This document shows positions 34,223 through 46,253 of a stretch of DNA of 64,000 nucleotides, piece after piece. This DNA comes from Phoronis australis (lineage: Eukaryota > Animalia > Phoronida), in NCBI GenBank assembly GCA_002633005.1, contig NMRA01000010.1, forward strand, positions 551,252-615,251, read 5' to 3'. Both the position numbers and the translations under genes were made by a program. How positions within the stretch are numbered: the first letter of the stretch is position 1; each line of letters starts with the position of its first letter. Below the pieces are notes generated by a model that had not been told where the DNA came from, did not search any database, and was given only the letters and a program-made list of their open reading frames with translations.

Positions 34223-37200
34223 CTGCAAAAGAGTTGAACAGCAATCAGACAATGTAAACTACATGCGGCACGCTCGAGCTGATTGAATTCATAATTTCTT
34301 CATTTTGTTCACAATTGAAGATTCTTTATTTCATTCACATTGGAAATAATTTCTTCACAAATTCAGTCATGTTCAGGTGACAAAGACCTGATTCCAACAT
34401 TAATGTCATTACCTTTGAAGTTGAGATCTCAAATATTGATACAATTGCATTCCTCACCCACTAACCATATTCTCAAATGACAGCAAAAATAAACCCTTAT
34501 TAAATTAACATTCTTAGAATTTTTCAGAACAAGTTAAATGTAAGAACATCTTCTTGAAGTTATTAACTTTGACCAAGATAATCCGGTGAGTTTTGTGATT
34601 TCATTACAAATTCCCAATTCTCGTCATCTGCCAGACATTCGCTGAAATCGAGGCCCGTGAGTTTACCACTTTAACACACTTAAAGTACTCTTGCCCTTAT
34701 CAAATGCGACTTAGGTACAACAGCACAGCATTACGCAGCCACCACAGGGGTTCCAGGTTCGATTCAGCACCAGGCTCGACCTCAGAAAAATCCCCTTTCT
34801 CACCAAAAATGTACCCTTAAAAAACAGTGTTACACAATGCACTACTCATGAAGCCCAAACCTCTTAAAATTGTTCTAGAAACGCAGTTATTATGGTCTAA
34901 AATCTTTCTTTTAGTCCAATGTGTAACACAAAACTTGAAATGAACAACAGACTCACCCATATTCTGCATCTGTTGACCATTGTAGTGTGGCCCTTGGGCA
35001 CCGCCCCCCTGGTCTCCCATTGGCATTCCTCCATAGCCTGGCATCCTGTCAACCAATCAGCAAATGGTCACACACATATACCACTGACTTAAACTCAACC
35101 AACTTAAGGTACAGCGTTACATTACGTTTTAGTCTGACACACCATGCTTTTCCGTGAAATAATACTCAAAGTGGGGAGTAAATCACCATAAGTAATTGCC
35201 AAACAAAATAAACTAAAATCTGTTGGGCACATTTCCAACACATCGCCCAACTAGCCTTTTCAAAATGACCATCATTCCTAAGTTGATTACCAAGGGAATC
35301 ACATCCAGCACTTGTAATCACCCTCCTTGTCAATTGGTATTATCAATGCTGTCAAAAATTGCAATACTATAAGTTCACCTTCATTATAATGATGAATTAC
35401 GAAATAATTAGGCCATGGGATAATGACATTTGTATGTGAAGCAAGACAAAATTAGTGTTGCATTGTGGGTAAATACCTTAGAATAAGAGTGGTGCCATGC
35501 TATTTCAGGATGAGCCCTTTGAAACCAATCTAATATCCTACTGTTTGTGAGTCAGCAAATTTAACAAGAGCAACAAAAAGTGTTGAAATGTAGGCATGAC
35601 TGCACCGCAAATGGAACATGTATGCTTCTAGGGTTGCTCATTAGTATCACAAAAATGGCCACTAGATGCTGCAGAATATGTCAAACCCGTCCAAAAATGA
35701 GAAGACGTCACCATCTACCTAACAGAAAACAATTTGGTAAATTTCAGGAAAATCCGTCGCGGACTTCCAAAGACACACGCAAATGTAAAAAAAAATCAAA
35801 TTGCCACTAGGAGGCACTGTGGTGTTTGGAGCCCTCCAAAAGATGTCACCATCTGCTGTCAAGTTTATTGGAATACACTTGCCAAATTTTACAAAGATCA
35901 CGTAACAGGTTTAGAAGATCCAACCACAGATGCAAAAAGACCACTAGGGGATGCCACAGTAGTTAGACCCATCCGTCAGTCGTGCTCTTGTTAGTAGTAA
36001 CACGTGTGTCATAATGATCCTCCCAGCGGTTTTATGGGTACAGACTCAGACGACTCAAAAATAACAAAAATGGCCACTAGGTGGCACAGATTCCATTGAA
36101 TCCATCCGAAAATTGAAAAGCACTGTTACTGTCAAAATAAAGACCTATCTGTCAAATTTCATGAAACAACTAATACTCTGAAAATGCAGAGGCAAACTAA
36201 AATTGTCACAAGGTGGCACAGCGGTCGTCAGATCTACCGAAAGTCGTGGTCACCTGTTATTACAAATAAAAGATCCTACAAAAAATTAAGAAGATTCAGC
36301 TGCAGTAGCAAAAAACAATTGTCACAAAAGGGCGCCACAGAACTTGGACCATCCAAAAATCAGTGTCAGGAGTGGTCTTAAAATAAGAACACATCAGATT
36401 CTGCTAATTTTCACATTGTTCCTTCAAGCAGTTTGGAAGCTAGGGAGGCAGACGGATGGTCCAAAAGTGACAAGGCGCCATCGTCTCCTTGCCAAATTTT
36501 ATGAAAATCCGTCATAGAACTCCTAAGATACAGAGGCAAATGTACAAGATTAAAATTGCTACTAGGGGGACAGTGATAGTCGACTTGACCAAAACTTCTC
36601 CTCATCTGTCGCCAGCTTCATAGGAACACAACTGCCAAATATGGTTGAAATCCTGCAAAGGGTTTAGAAGGTACAACAGTATACACCGGAAGCCCGATCA
36701 GAGATGACGGCCATATGCTCCCACATAAGTGTACGTAGGCGTACAAAAATTCCCTTTACGTTACATCCTGGCTGTTAATCATTCCCATGCATCAACCCTG
36801 TCGAGCACAACACAGCAAGAGACATGGGCGTATAATGTTCAGTTTTCAGTATACTACTGATGATGTAGCATCCCAATCTTAGAAACTTCTACAGATCGCG
36901 ATTCACGAGAGAATCGAGTCCCCCAACCTCAACAGACACAGAGGACTAATACATGACCTATCAGCTGTGTGCAATAGTGTATTATGTCAGCAACCAAAGA
37001 AATTGTGTCACATTCCACGTGACAACAATCTCCGCCGATGCCGACACGCCAGAACTGCGGCTTCAGATGATCTGTAGAAGTCTCCAAGATGCATACAGTC
37101 CAGAAATTGATTTATTTTGATTTGCCTTATGCCAAAGCTGGATGAGTAACGTACATTCCGTTGTTCAACTGTCTCCCAGTATAACCCCTATTTCAACTTG

Positions 37201-40200
37201 TGTCTCCAAAATAAGATTCACAGGTTGGACCGAAAATCATGACCAGTCACTGGTCCAAAATACGAACACATCGCCTGTTGGGAGTGAAATCTTTAAGTTG
37301 CTTCGACACATGGTAACTTACTGGTAGTTTCCATAGTACTGTTGGTATGCCCCCGCCTGGGGTACATATCCGGGGTAATAGTTGTACGGCTGTTGATACT
37401 GCTGGTAGCCATACTGGTTATAACTGGATGAGGCACTGCCCTGCAAGGAGAAGAGCAAGAACTGAGAAACTGCCAGCTTTTGTACACACTACACACCTGT
37501 GTGAACCCAACATCTAAACATTAACATTGACACGGCGCAGTCTGACACAACATCTCAAGATTGGTCAGTGACCACCACTGTTTACAGAGCTTCCCAAGAA
37601 ACCATGGCTACAGGGAACTGTACAATTAATGCACCTATTATAAAGGAATGTCTAAATTTCATTAAATTAAAGGATATTTTCTAATTCTTCAATAACTTTT
37701 AAAAACACCATTTTCAGACAAAAACAAACACCACAATTGCCCTTTTCCAAAAGGTTAAAATATTGTTGTGAACAATGTATTGCTTTGGTGGAACTTTTTG
37801 TTTATTAATAATAAGAAATTGAAATTTCATTTGACTGCAATATCTTAAATTGGAAAGATTTTACAATTCCATTTCAGGTACTATACTGACACTATACGTT
37901 TTCCACAATAAACCACGCCCCGGGTCTGCAACCAAACAATCCCAAAGACAGGCAACAAGCTTGGTCTTCTTTTTAGCCACTGCATCTGACCTACAAGGCA
38001 AACAGCTAGTGACCCCTACCTGTGGTTGCTGTAGTTGCTGCTGGGAGTTCCCGCTGTCATTACTTTCCTTGCCCCATGAACACCTGCATGGAACACCGTT
38101 TATTTCCTGTCCGTTCACGCCCACGATAGCCCTTGTAGCGTCGTCCTTCTCCGAGAACCTGAGATAACAACAACAAACTATATATCTTCTGAAACGAAAT
38201 CTCAGCCTAAGACAATGGAGTTTCCAGGCAAGAGACAACCAAATGTCCAGCCCCGAGACAACCAAATCTCCAGCCCCGAAAAAAACAAATTTCCAGGCCC
38301 GAGACAACCAAATGTCCAGTCCCGAGACAACCAAATCTCCAGGCCCGAGAGACAACCTTTTATTATTTATTTATTAATGTAATATTTCCAATGAGGACAG
38401 CCCCATCAGTTCACACTGCTTTCAATGGGGGCCGACAGACACAACTCATCCAAGGAGATGGAACAAGCAAAAACATGGATCTTCATTCTCACAGCACTCA
38501 ACACTAATAACTGTATTAACAAAAACATCTCCATGTTGTTATGGTAACGAGGTAAAAAGTCAAGTTATCTTAAACGGTACCATTTATGAACTGATGTGTA
38601 TTACTGTCAAATTGCCCAGTTGTGAAGTCATTCACTTACCGGACAAATGCATAGCCCTTGTCTTTGAATATCCTTATTTCTAAAATGTTTCCATATTCTG
38701 AGAAGTAATTTTTGACAAGTTCCTCTGTAAAGTGAAAAGAATAAAACAACATGACCAAATTTTGTCACAACTAGATCACAATAATTTCCAAATGAAAGAA
38801 CGGGGTGTAAAAGTACTAAATCAGCTGTCAACAAATCTTTCAGACAACGCAACATTTATGAAATGTTGCATGCTACAGGCTAATAAGATATTACACAGAT
38901 ATACAATATGATATTACACAGATATACAATATGATATTACACAGATATACAATAAGAGATTACACAGAAATACAAAAACACAAGTGGCAAAACAACGCAT
39001 CTATAAGATGTTTTTATTTTTGGAAATAATTTTCTGGTTTATCAAAAATTACATTTTGCTTAACTTCCAGTACCATGAGAACAAACTTTCTTAATAGCAC
39101 ATTTGGTGGTCCTTTAACGTCGACCACAGTATTCATATTGTTGCAATGAGTGCCTTCAGAATGGACCTCGTGAAACTGAGAAAGCTGATAAACAACAGCC
39201 AAATCTTGCCCAATGCCTTCAAGGATAAATGTGCTGATCTCTGTCATTTTACATGAATAAAATACTATCAACCTAAAATACAAATCCATGCTCATAACAT
39301 CAGTTGATCAAGAAGCACCTTTGTAGACATGATCTTGCTTTAGCTAAATTTACAAACATTCCCCAACTAAGACATATTTTGGGACATATTTTCCCATTAT
39401 AGGCTCCCTTTCAGGATATAGGACCTGCGTTTACAAAAGTATGTCTGGGCTTACTTTAGGGGCTTCTACAAAGAAAAATGTCAATTTCTGATCAAAGTCC
39501 ATCATTGTCTACTGCTAGAAACTCCTCATAGGAAGATTTATAATGCGCAAATCACATGGTGCTTAAACAAGTAAGCTTGAAACATTGCTGTTTTCGTACA
39601 AATAAAAAGATAATAACAAACTTTAAAGTCCTTTTCAGGCTGGAGTTTCTCACATTTGTTAATCAGTGTTTACTACCAGTATCATAATTTATATTTTTTG
39701 TTAGTTTCAGATCAATATTACTTAGAGGCAGTCATACATCCTTTTAAATTTTTTGTGTGTAAGTAACGTCGAAATGCACAGATTTTCAAAGTTAAACTTA
39801 AACTGTCTGCATGTGATTGTTATAAAATAGACCTAAACTACATTGCTCAAATTAAAAAGTAGTTAGAGAGTGTGGGGAGAAGTGAAGAATCATTGCTGCA
39901 CAATACTTCACATGGCTGGGAATAAGCTGGTTCCATGTGCAAACACTAGAGGGAGTTGCCGACCGTTACATAGGCAAATTACTAAGCTACGTTTATTTCT
40001 CACATTTCTTGTAAGAAAACAATAACACCTCGTAACACAAACTCAGTTAAACTTGTGAAGAAGAAAACCTTTGAACGCACGCTTTGACAATGACTGACGT
40101 AACCTTCAACCAGCCAGTAGACTATTTACCTGAGAGGTTGGGCAGTGACTGACCACAGTAGACAGTACAATTTGTGGCACTCGACATTCTATAGACCTCG

Positions 40201-43200
40201 TCATACTTGAGCTGTTTGGGAGCTGCAAACACGAGAACAAAGGAAAGGTCAAAAAGGAAATCATTCATGCGTAAAGACAGCATCTTGAAACCATTCAGTA
40301 AAACAACAATTAACATATGATAATTAAGATAAAGCGAATATTTTTGATGTTACCATCACGTGAAATAAAAATCGCAGTCAGCTTATAAGGACATTTTCAG
40401 TGTCGATAATTGGTGCTTGCTTTGTGGAAGTGAATGTGATGCTTTAACTAAATCGTTCGTGTCACTTGAATGCACAGTTAGTTGCAGAGGGCGAGAGAGT
40501 ACTTAATGCCAAAAAACCTATTCAAGATAACCAAGGATATTTAATTTAAAGTAAACAAAGGTAACACGAAAACAGTTACTATCTCGTCTGTGAAAACACT
40601 TTTTACGTGATGTTAGGCAAATATTGCATCTGGGAAGCCAGAAATTCGTGGTAACTTTTTTGTATTAAATTAATCTCACATTTCTTACGTTTAAACCAAA
40701 CGCTTAGCCTGGCATTCAGATATAACACAGCCATTAATGTCAAAAAACAAAATGGTAAGAAAGTAAACACATTAGATGCAAGAAAAATCTTACCTTACAC
40801 CAGAGTAGCAAGCACAGACATTTACTGGCAACAAGAAAAACCAGGCCTTACCATGCCTCGTTAAAACATATAAAATGTAAACACAGAAAAAATGGACATA
40901 AAGAGCACATTACCTGCCGTGAGCAGCACGTTACCAACAGGGAGTACACCTGAGAAGCCTCACTAGCTCAAAAGCGTACGACACACACGTAATTAAAAGG
41001 TAAATATAAATATACTGAAACCATTCCATGCGTCATCACGTCGGCACTTGGTGGTGTTACTGTGCAGCCAAGGGGGCACTGTCTGCCTGCCTGCCTCGTC
41101 CAAAGAGCAACGGGATAACAAGTACTGAAGCGTACATTAACGGAACATGTTTATAATCGTCCTGTTGCTATTGGTTGCTGCAGCCAGCTGAACTGGAGAC
41201 CAGTCCAGCCACAGCCGACTGCAGTCAAGACAGGCGGACTGGGCTGAAACTGGAGTCATTTCATCCACAGAGAGCAATTGTCAAGAACAGCAAAGACTAT
41301 TAACATAGTTCCGAAGTAGATCAAACAAGCCTTTAAAGTTTACTAAAAAATGAAAAAAATACAATACTAAAATAATCCACCTTACGACAGCTAGTCAGTA
41401 AGAAATTGTTGCTCCACTGTGGATAAAGGACCCCATAGATTCAGCTTGTTAAGTAATAGTAGTAGTACTAGTATACGTAAGAGTAATAAAAAGGTGCCGA
41501 AATGAACACCACCAGTACCGTGTTGATGGTAGCCACTACCTTCTCTGGGATTGTTTGGTACAGGCTTGCGCGTCGCCCAGTTCGTACGGATGTTACGGCC
41601 ACCTAGCAGGGCTCCCTGCATCTCGTCAATCGCCAACTTCGCGTCCTACGATACCAGACACAAATTAAGACATTATGGTACACTGGATCTGTGCAATGAC
41701 TTGTGGGATAGATGGTAGCCATGCGCGTTTAATTACGGGAAAGGCAGTAGCAAGTACAATGAACTGTGGTATAGACTACGGCCTTGTACAAGGAATTGTG
41801 GGACAGACTACGGCCACGTGCAATGAATTATGGGATGAACTGTGGCTTTGTACAACGTATTGTGGAACAGACTGCAGCCATGCGCAATGAATTATGGGAA
41901 AGGCAGTGGTAAGTACAATGAATTGTGGGATAAACTGTAGCCATGTACAATGAATTGTGGGATAGACTGTGACCATCTGCAATGACTTGTGGGATATTGT
42001 GGTCATGAGTAGTAAATGAGGCATTTTAGTCTATGGCCCAATGAATTATGGGATACGTTGTTGCCAAGCACAATGAATTGTGGGATAGGATTTCTTAGGT
42101 CGTTGAAAATTACATAGATCTATAACATGGATATACTGCAGTTTCATGTCACATGAAAAAGCAAACAGGAAGTGTGAAGATACCCGTTAAATAATCTTTA
42201 TGAAAAACAAATGAGAAAGGAACACAGAACTAACAAAATATGCAAATAAATGTTTAAAAACTCACCTCTCTGTTTACAAATGTGACAAAACCGTAGCCCT
42301 TTGGTTTGTTTGTAGTGGAGTCCTTGATAATTTTGACGTCCCTGCAAAAGAAGGTGAGGAGTGTTGAAACAAAATGAAAGACTCTAGAATACATGGCTGC
42401 GAAATGGCTTCAGGTGAGCGCCATTAAACCATGAAAAAGTTTCAAATGGTTATTGTTTGAGTGACAACTGGAGGACCAAACTGGCCTCAACACACAGCAA
42501 GAACTTTAAGTGGGCTCGTTGTAAGACAGGACTACACTCCATCTACAGTCGTTATGTACCATTTGACTAATCACCGAGGGAATCTAATATGATCGTAAAG
42601 TGGTTCCTGGTTTGTGGCAAAAGGGCGAACACACGGCAGAGGCCATCCGTGGAGGCAGACGAGAACACCTCAACATACATACAACACATTTCACGCCACT
42701 GCATGGTAAAATATATGTATGGTAAAAACAAAAATTTGATGCTGAGAAACAGGTGTGAGCAAAGTTATAAAGTTAAATATGGTTTAGGTTAAAATGTCCA
42801 AGCACCAAAAATGAAAAAAACAATTGGAAAATGAATAATTTACTTGAACAAAACACAAAGAGAAAAAACAGTCGATCAGCTTTTGGCATCCCAAATTATG
42901 AGTAATTTTTTTGACTTTTGGATTCAAAGCAAAATAGGGATCATGCAAGGTAAACAATAAAATATAAAATAATTAAATGAATAATAAATATAGTAGAAAA
43001 CAGGCCTCATTAGAATACGGAAAATAATTCAACAGTAGCAATGACTTCGTTAGGAGAAAATGGAACTGTCTGATTTGATAATTTTTTTTGAAGAAATCTC
43101 CAAGCTCCGTAAACACTTTCCATAAAAAGTGAATAAACGAAAATGGTAAAATATCAAATACCAAGAAATAGAAATGCAAAACCTCTATTCAGTATACTGG

Positions 43201-46200
43201 ATGAAAATGTGTAGAAAAATTAAACTTGAAAATGCAATTACCATGACATCTACTAATCTTTATTATCATGATACAGGGAAGAGCCTATAACGATAAAAGG
43301 TTCTTCGTCACATCACTTGCTCACATGTCACATACGAAAGAAGCGGCATGTTTATGTGACAATACAAAACAGTTGAGAATGCATACAAATTTGACCTGGC
43401 TCATTTGAAGAAGTTTCCAAACTCAGAATCAAAAATTTCACGTTAAGTAGATAGTTAAAAAACATAGATGAAGACTTAATTTTAAAATTCAACCTAAAAT
43501 TCAAAAAAATCCACAATAACAGTTTCTTATTGATTCCCGATACCTACAACAGAACTGGAACCACATGGAGGCTGTACTTACGGAGCAAATGAGGCAAGTG
43601 AAGACTACATTAATCACTAATCACCCATATCATCTCATCAGAGTGCTTGTAAACCTTATACAACGGGGCCACGGACGGACAACCTCACCTATGCGCATGA
43701 CAACCATGAAACAAAGTTACCTAACTTCACGGGATGATCCTTCCCTAACTACCGACACCCCTTTCCCCTTCTGTCCTCTATTCCTCTCCCCTACCCACCC
43801 TATCTCCCTCCCAATCCACTTATATCCTTCCGTTCCTGCCTCTTTCCTTTGTCCTTCCTTTCTCTTTCCAGTCTTCTCACTCACATAACCCCTCTCCTAT
43901 CCCCTCCCCCCCCTTTTCAACTTCCACTTATCCCCTCCTCCCTCATTAGCACTGCAAAATAACTCGGCTTGGAAGGCTGGCTTTCTTCCTCTCGAGGGAC
44001 GATAGAACATTCACAACATGCCGACCAAGTCTCGGAGGTCGATAAAAGTTAATAGCTAACCGCCAAAACAATGGACTAGGATCATTAGGTAGCCAGCTGT
44101 GATGCAGACCGCAGTAATGAGATTGCCGTGTCAACATTGGCTTTCCATTAGCTAGTCATCTCTAGTGGGTTGTTTGATCATTCTATGAGTCTCAGAACAA
44201 GTGAGAAAAATTTACACACAAGATTTTTGGATAGGGATATCTGGGGCTTTGTTTAGCCAACTAGATAACCATTGAGTCTTATTCTTACATTATATTTCTC
44301 TGCAAGACATCAAAATGTGAAAAAAATTACAGACGAGAATGTTGAAAGTTTACAAGATAAAGAAACCCGCGGAAACTGCAAAAAATTCCAAATAACAGGC
44401 AGTGGCCCATCAATTTAATGAACGGTGTTATTAGACATTGTAACAATACAACATGGTGTATAGAGTGTCTTAACACTGATACACATTTTGATAATGTTCA
44501 GTGCATTCACGCCACGAAAGTGCAAAGCAGAAATGTGGGCCAGCAGATGATAAGATAAAAATGTGAAATTTGACTCAACTTTTTAAATGTCAGACAGTAA
44601 ACTTTAATCACAACGTCAGTTAGAGCTAATGTCACTTGCTTAAAGTTTTTAGTGTTTCATACAAAAGAATAGGTTTAATTTAAAAATTAGTTTACTAAGA
44701 CATTTTCATTACTGATATTTCCCATATTTTGAGCTGGGAAACGTAAATCACCAAAGAAACCGAGATGAAAATAGCTGATGGTAGAAAGACTACAGAACAA
44801 AATCTTCGACATGGTGCAAAAATAGTTGCACAAATTCCTCATTTTCCATTTTCCAAAGACTTACTACGCAGTTGCTAATACTAAAAATATACCAAATACT
44901 CTGTTTGATAGTAGAAGTACGGACAAATTCCTTGCCTACTGAAAACACGAATATAGTTCAAAAATGACGTTGCTCACCCTGACCATTTTCACAAAAAATG
45001 GTGGCCACATGATCGTGAATAATTGTGAGACATTTTCATGCATGAATTAAAATTCTTAATCATAGAAGATTCGGAAATAATATACGTTTGAAAGTTAAAA
45101 ATGGACAGATAAAAAGTTGTTTCATGAAATTTAAAGGATTTTACAAAAGTTGACGATTTCCATAGATATGCTGATGAGAGATGTGGAAATGTTTCCGTTA
45201 AAGCGTGTAAGCTCGTACTAGAAGTCATGACGATGCTGTACTTACGAGATTTCTCCGTACATACTGAAGGCCGCCCTCAAGTTGTGCTGCTCGACGTCAG
45301 GACAGAGATCGCCCACAAATACATGGTGGTGTTCTGAAATAGGGAAAACAAACAGCCGTGGGTGGATTGAAATGAAACACAAGGGGTGACTTGATGTTCA
45401 CTAGGTGGCGCTAATGAAACCCGAGTCCTCAGTTAGAGCGTATCTGAACAGACTGAGAATTGAAAGCCGGGGAGAGTTTCATAGACACAAGAATCTCGCT
45501 ACGGAAACTGGTGTGATCACCTGCTTAACTTGTGGTACATGATGGTATCTCGCAAAGTTCTGCAAGAATCTAGGTTCATCGAACGCACTCTTGTTTGCTA
45601 TAATGGAGATGTGGGAGAATAATGATGCAATACGACTACTTGAACACATGCATTTATACAGGAAGGACTGCGATTTCCCAAGTGAAACTTAGAAAATTAA
45701 TTTCAAGCTCTCCAGTAAAACTTCCTATGCTAGACATGATGCACTTTAATTAGCATTTTATAAAGAATTTGGAAAATTTAATAATAAAAGGAACATAACT
45801 AAATGTTTGAAAACAGAAGACTGTAGGGTAAGACCTTACTTATTTGAAACACAAATAATTGCTGAATCAAATGGATTTTTTTCGCTGTCCAAGGGCCTCT
45901 AACAAACCTTCAGATATCATATGACCATAGCGATGGTGCAGTACTTGAATACAGTTAGGAGCTAAAGCCATGCTTCTTATCTTTTATGAAAAAAATGAAA
46001 TAAATTTTCAATTTTCTTACTTATTGCGCTTTGAATTGATGACATTTTACCGGCTTGAAACCTAATCCCAAGCACAATTAGCATAAGTAATTCAATAGAC
46101 AGAAGCTTAGCACAAAAAAATATCTCTTGGGACAAAAATGAACTGAATGGCCACATGAAACAGTGGAAAAGTGTCGCACACTAATAACCACTTACTGCTT

Positions 46201-46253
46201 GTGTCTTGTTTGGGCGCAGCATTACCCGAGGAGGCCCAATTCACTTTGAGTTG
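34212..46253 (-). CDS. TIAL1: TIA-1/TIAR (nucleolysin) family RNA-binding protein: end of RRM1, RRM2, RRM3 and Q/Y/G-rich C-terminus; 5' exons upstream
   Basis: Exons 46196-46253, 45246-45333, 42266-42341, 41540(or 41519)-41645, 40130-40222, 38640-38724, 38020-38158, 37322-37440, 34957-35045, 34212-34222 splice in frame: LKVNWA, HVFVGDL, KGYGFVTF, RNIRTNWATRK, NCTVYCG, KGYAFVRF, CRCSWGKE. Likely a single ortholog of the vertebrate TIA1/TIAL1 pair. Confidence 0.93.
34957..35045 (-). CDS. TIAL1: TIA1/TIAL1 penultimate coding exon
   Basis: MPGYGGMPMGDQGGGAQGPHYNGQQMQNM; cag acceptor, gtgagt donor. Confidence 0.87.
35640..36660 (+). repeat. Diverged ~130-140-bp repeat array with CCACTAGRKGGC (CTCF-like) cores, probably a non-autonomous DNA transposon
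   Basis: Cores near 35658, 35803, 35941, 36073, 36205, 36321, 36467 and 36557, mostly followed by TGYCAAATTT...AAATCC blocks. Confidence 0.7.
37322..37440 (-). CDS. TIAL1: TIA1/TIAL1 exon (prion-like Q/Y-rich domain)
   Basis: GSASSSYNQYGYQQYQQPYNYYPGYVPQAGAYQQYYGNY; cag acceptor, gtaagt donor. Confidence 0.88.
38020..38158 (-). CDS. TIAL1: TIA1/TIAL1 exon (RRM3 end)
   Basis: FSEKDDATRAIVGVNGQEINGVPCRCSWGKESNDSGNSQQQLQQPQ. Confidence 0.9.
38220..38356. repeat. ~23-bp tandem repeat (CCAGSCCCGAGACAACCAAATST), about 6 copies
   Basis: Seen directly, immediately upstream of a TIA1 acceptor. Confidence 0.85.
38640..38724 (-). CDS. TIAL1: TIA1/TIAL1 exon (RRM3 RNP1)
   Basis: EELVKNYFSEYGNILEIRIFKDKGYAFVR. 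Confidence 0.92.
38907..38975. repeat. ~23-bp tandem repeat (GATATTACACAGATATACAATAT), 3-4 copies
   Basis: Seen directly. Confidence 0.8.
40130..40222 (-). CDS. TIAL1: TIA1/TIAL1 exon (RRM3 start)
   Basis: APKQLKYDEVYRMSSATNCTVYCGQSLPNLS. Confidence 0.9.
41540..41645 (-). CDS. TIAL1: TIA1/TIAL1 exon (RRM2 end)
   Basis: DAKLAIDEMQGALLGGRNIRTNWATRKPVPNNPRE; two possible phase-1 donors (41539, 41518). Confidence 0.88.
41690..42090. repeat. Diverged ~31-bp tandem repeat (CAATGAATTGTGGGATAGACTGTGGCCATG-like)
   Basis: About 12 degenerate units in a TIA1 intron. Confidence 0.8.
42266..42341 (-). CDS. TIAL1: TIA1/TIAL1 exon (RRM2 RNP1)
   Basis: DVKIIKDSTTNKPKGYGFVTFVNRE. Confidence 0.92.
43738..43945. 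repeat. Polypyrimidine (C/T-rich) low-complexity tract
   Basis: About 200 bp nearly devoid of G on the + strand. Confidence 0.8.
45246..45333 (-). CDS. TIAL1: TIA1/TIAL1 exon (RRM2 RNP2)
   Basis: KHHHVFVGDLCPDVEQHNLRAAFSMYGEIS. Confidence 0.92.
46196..46253 (-). CDS. TIAL1: TIA1/TIAL1 exon (QLKVNWASSGNAAPKQDTS)
   Basis: cag acceptor, gtaagt donor; last beta strand of RRM1 plus linker. Confidence 0.9.

Noticed and set aside
34725-34790. tRNA gene suggested by GGTTCGATTC
   Set aside because: Only a B-box/T-loop-like motif; no cloverleaf could be folded, so at most a decayed SINE head.
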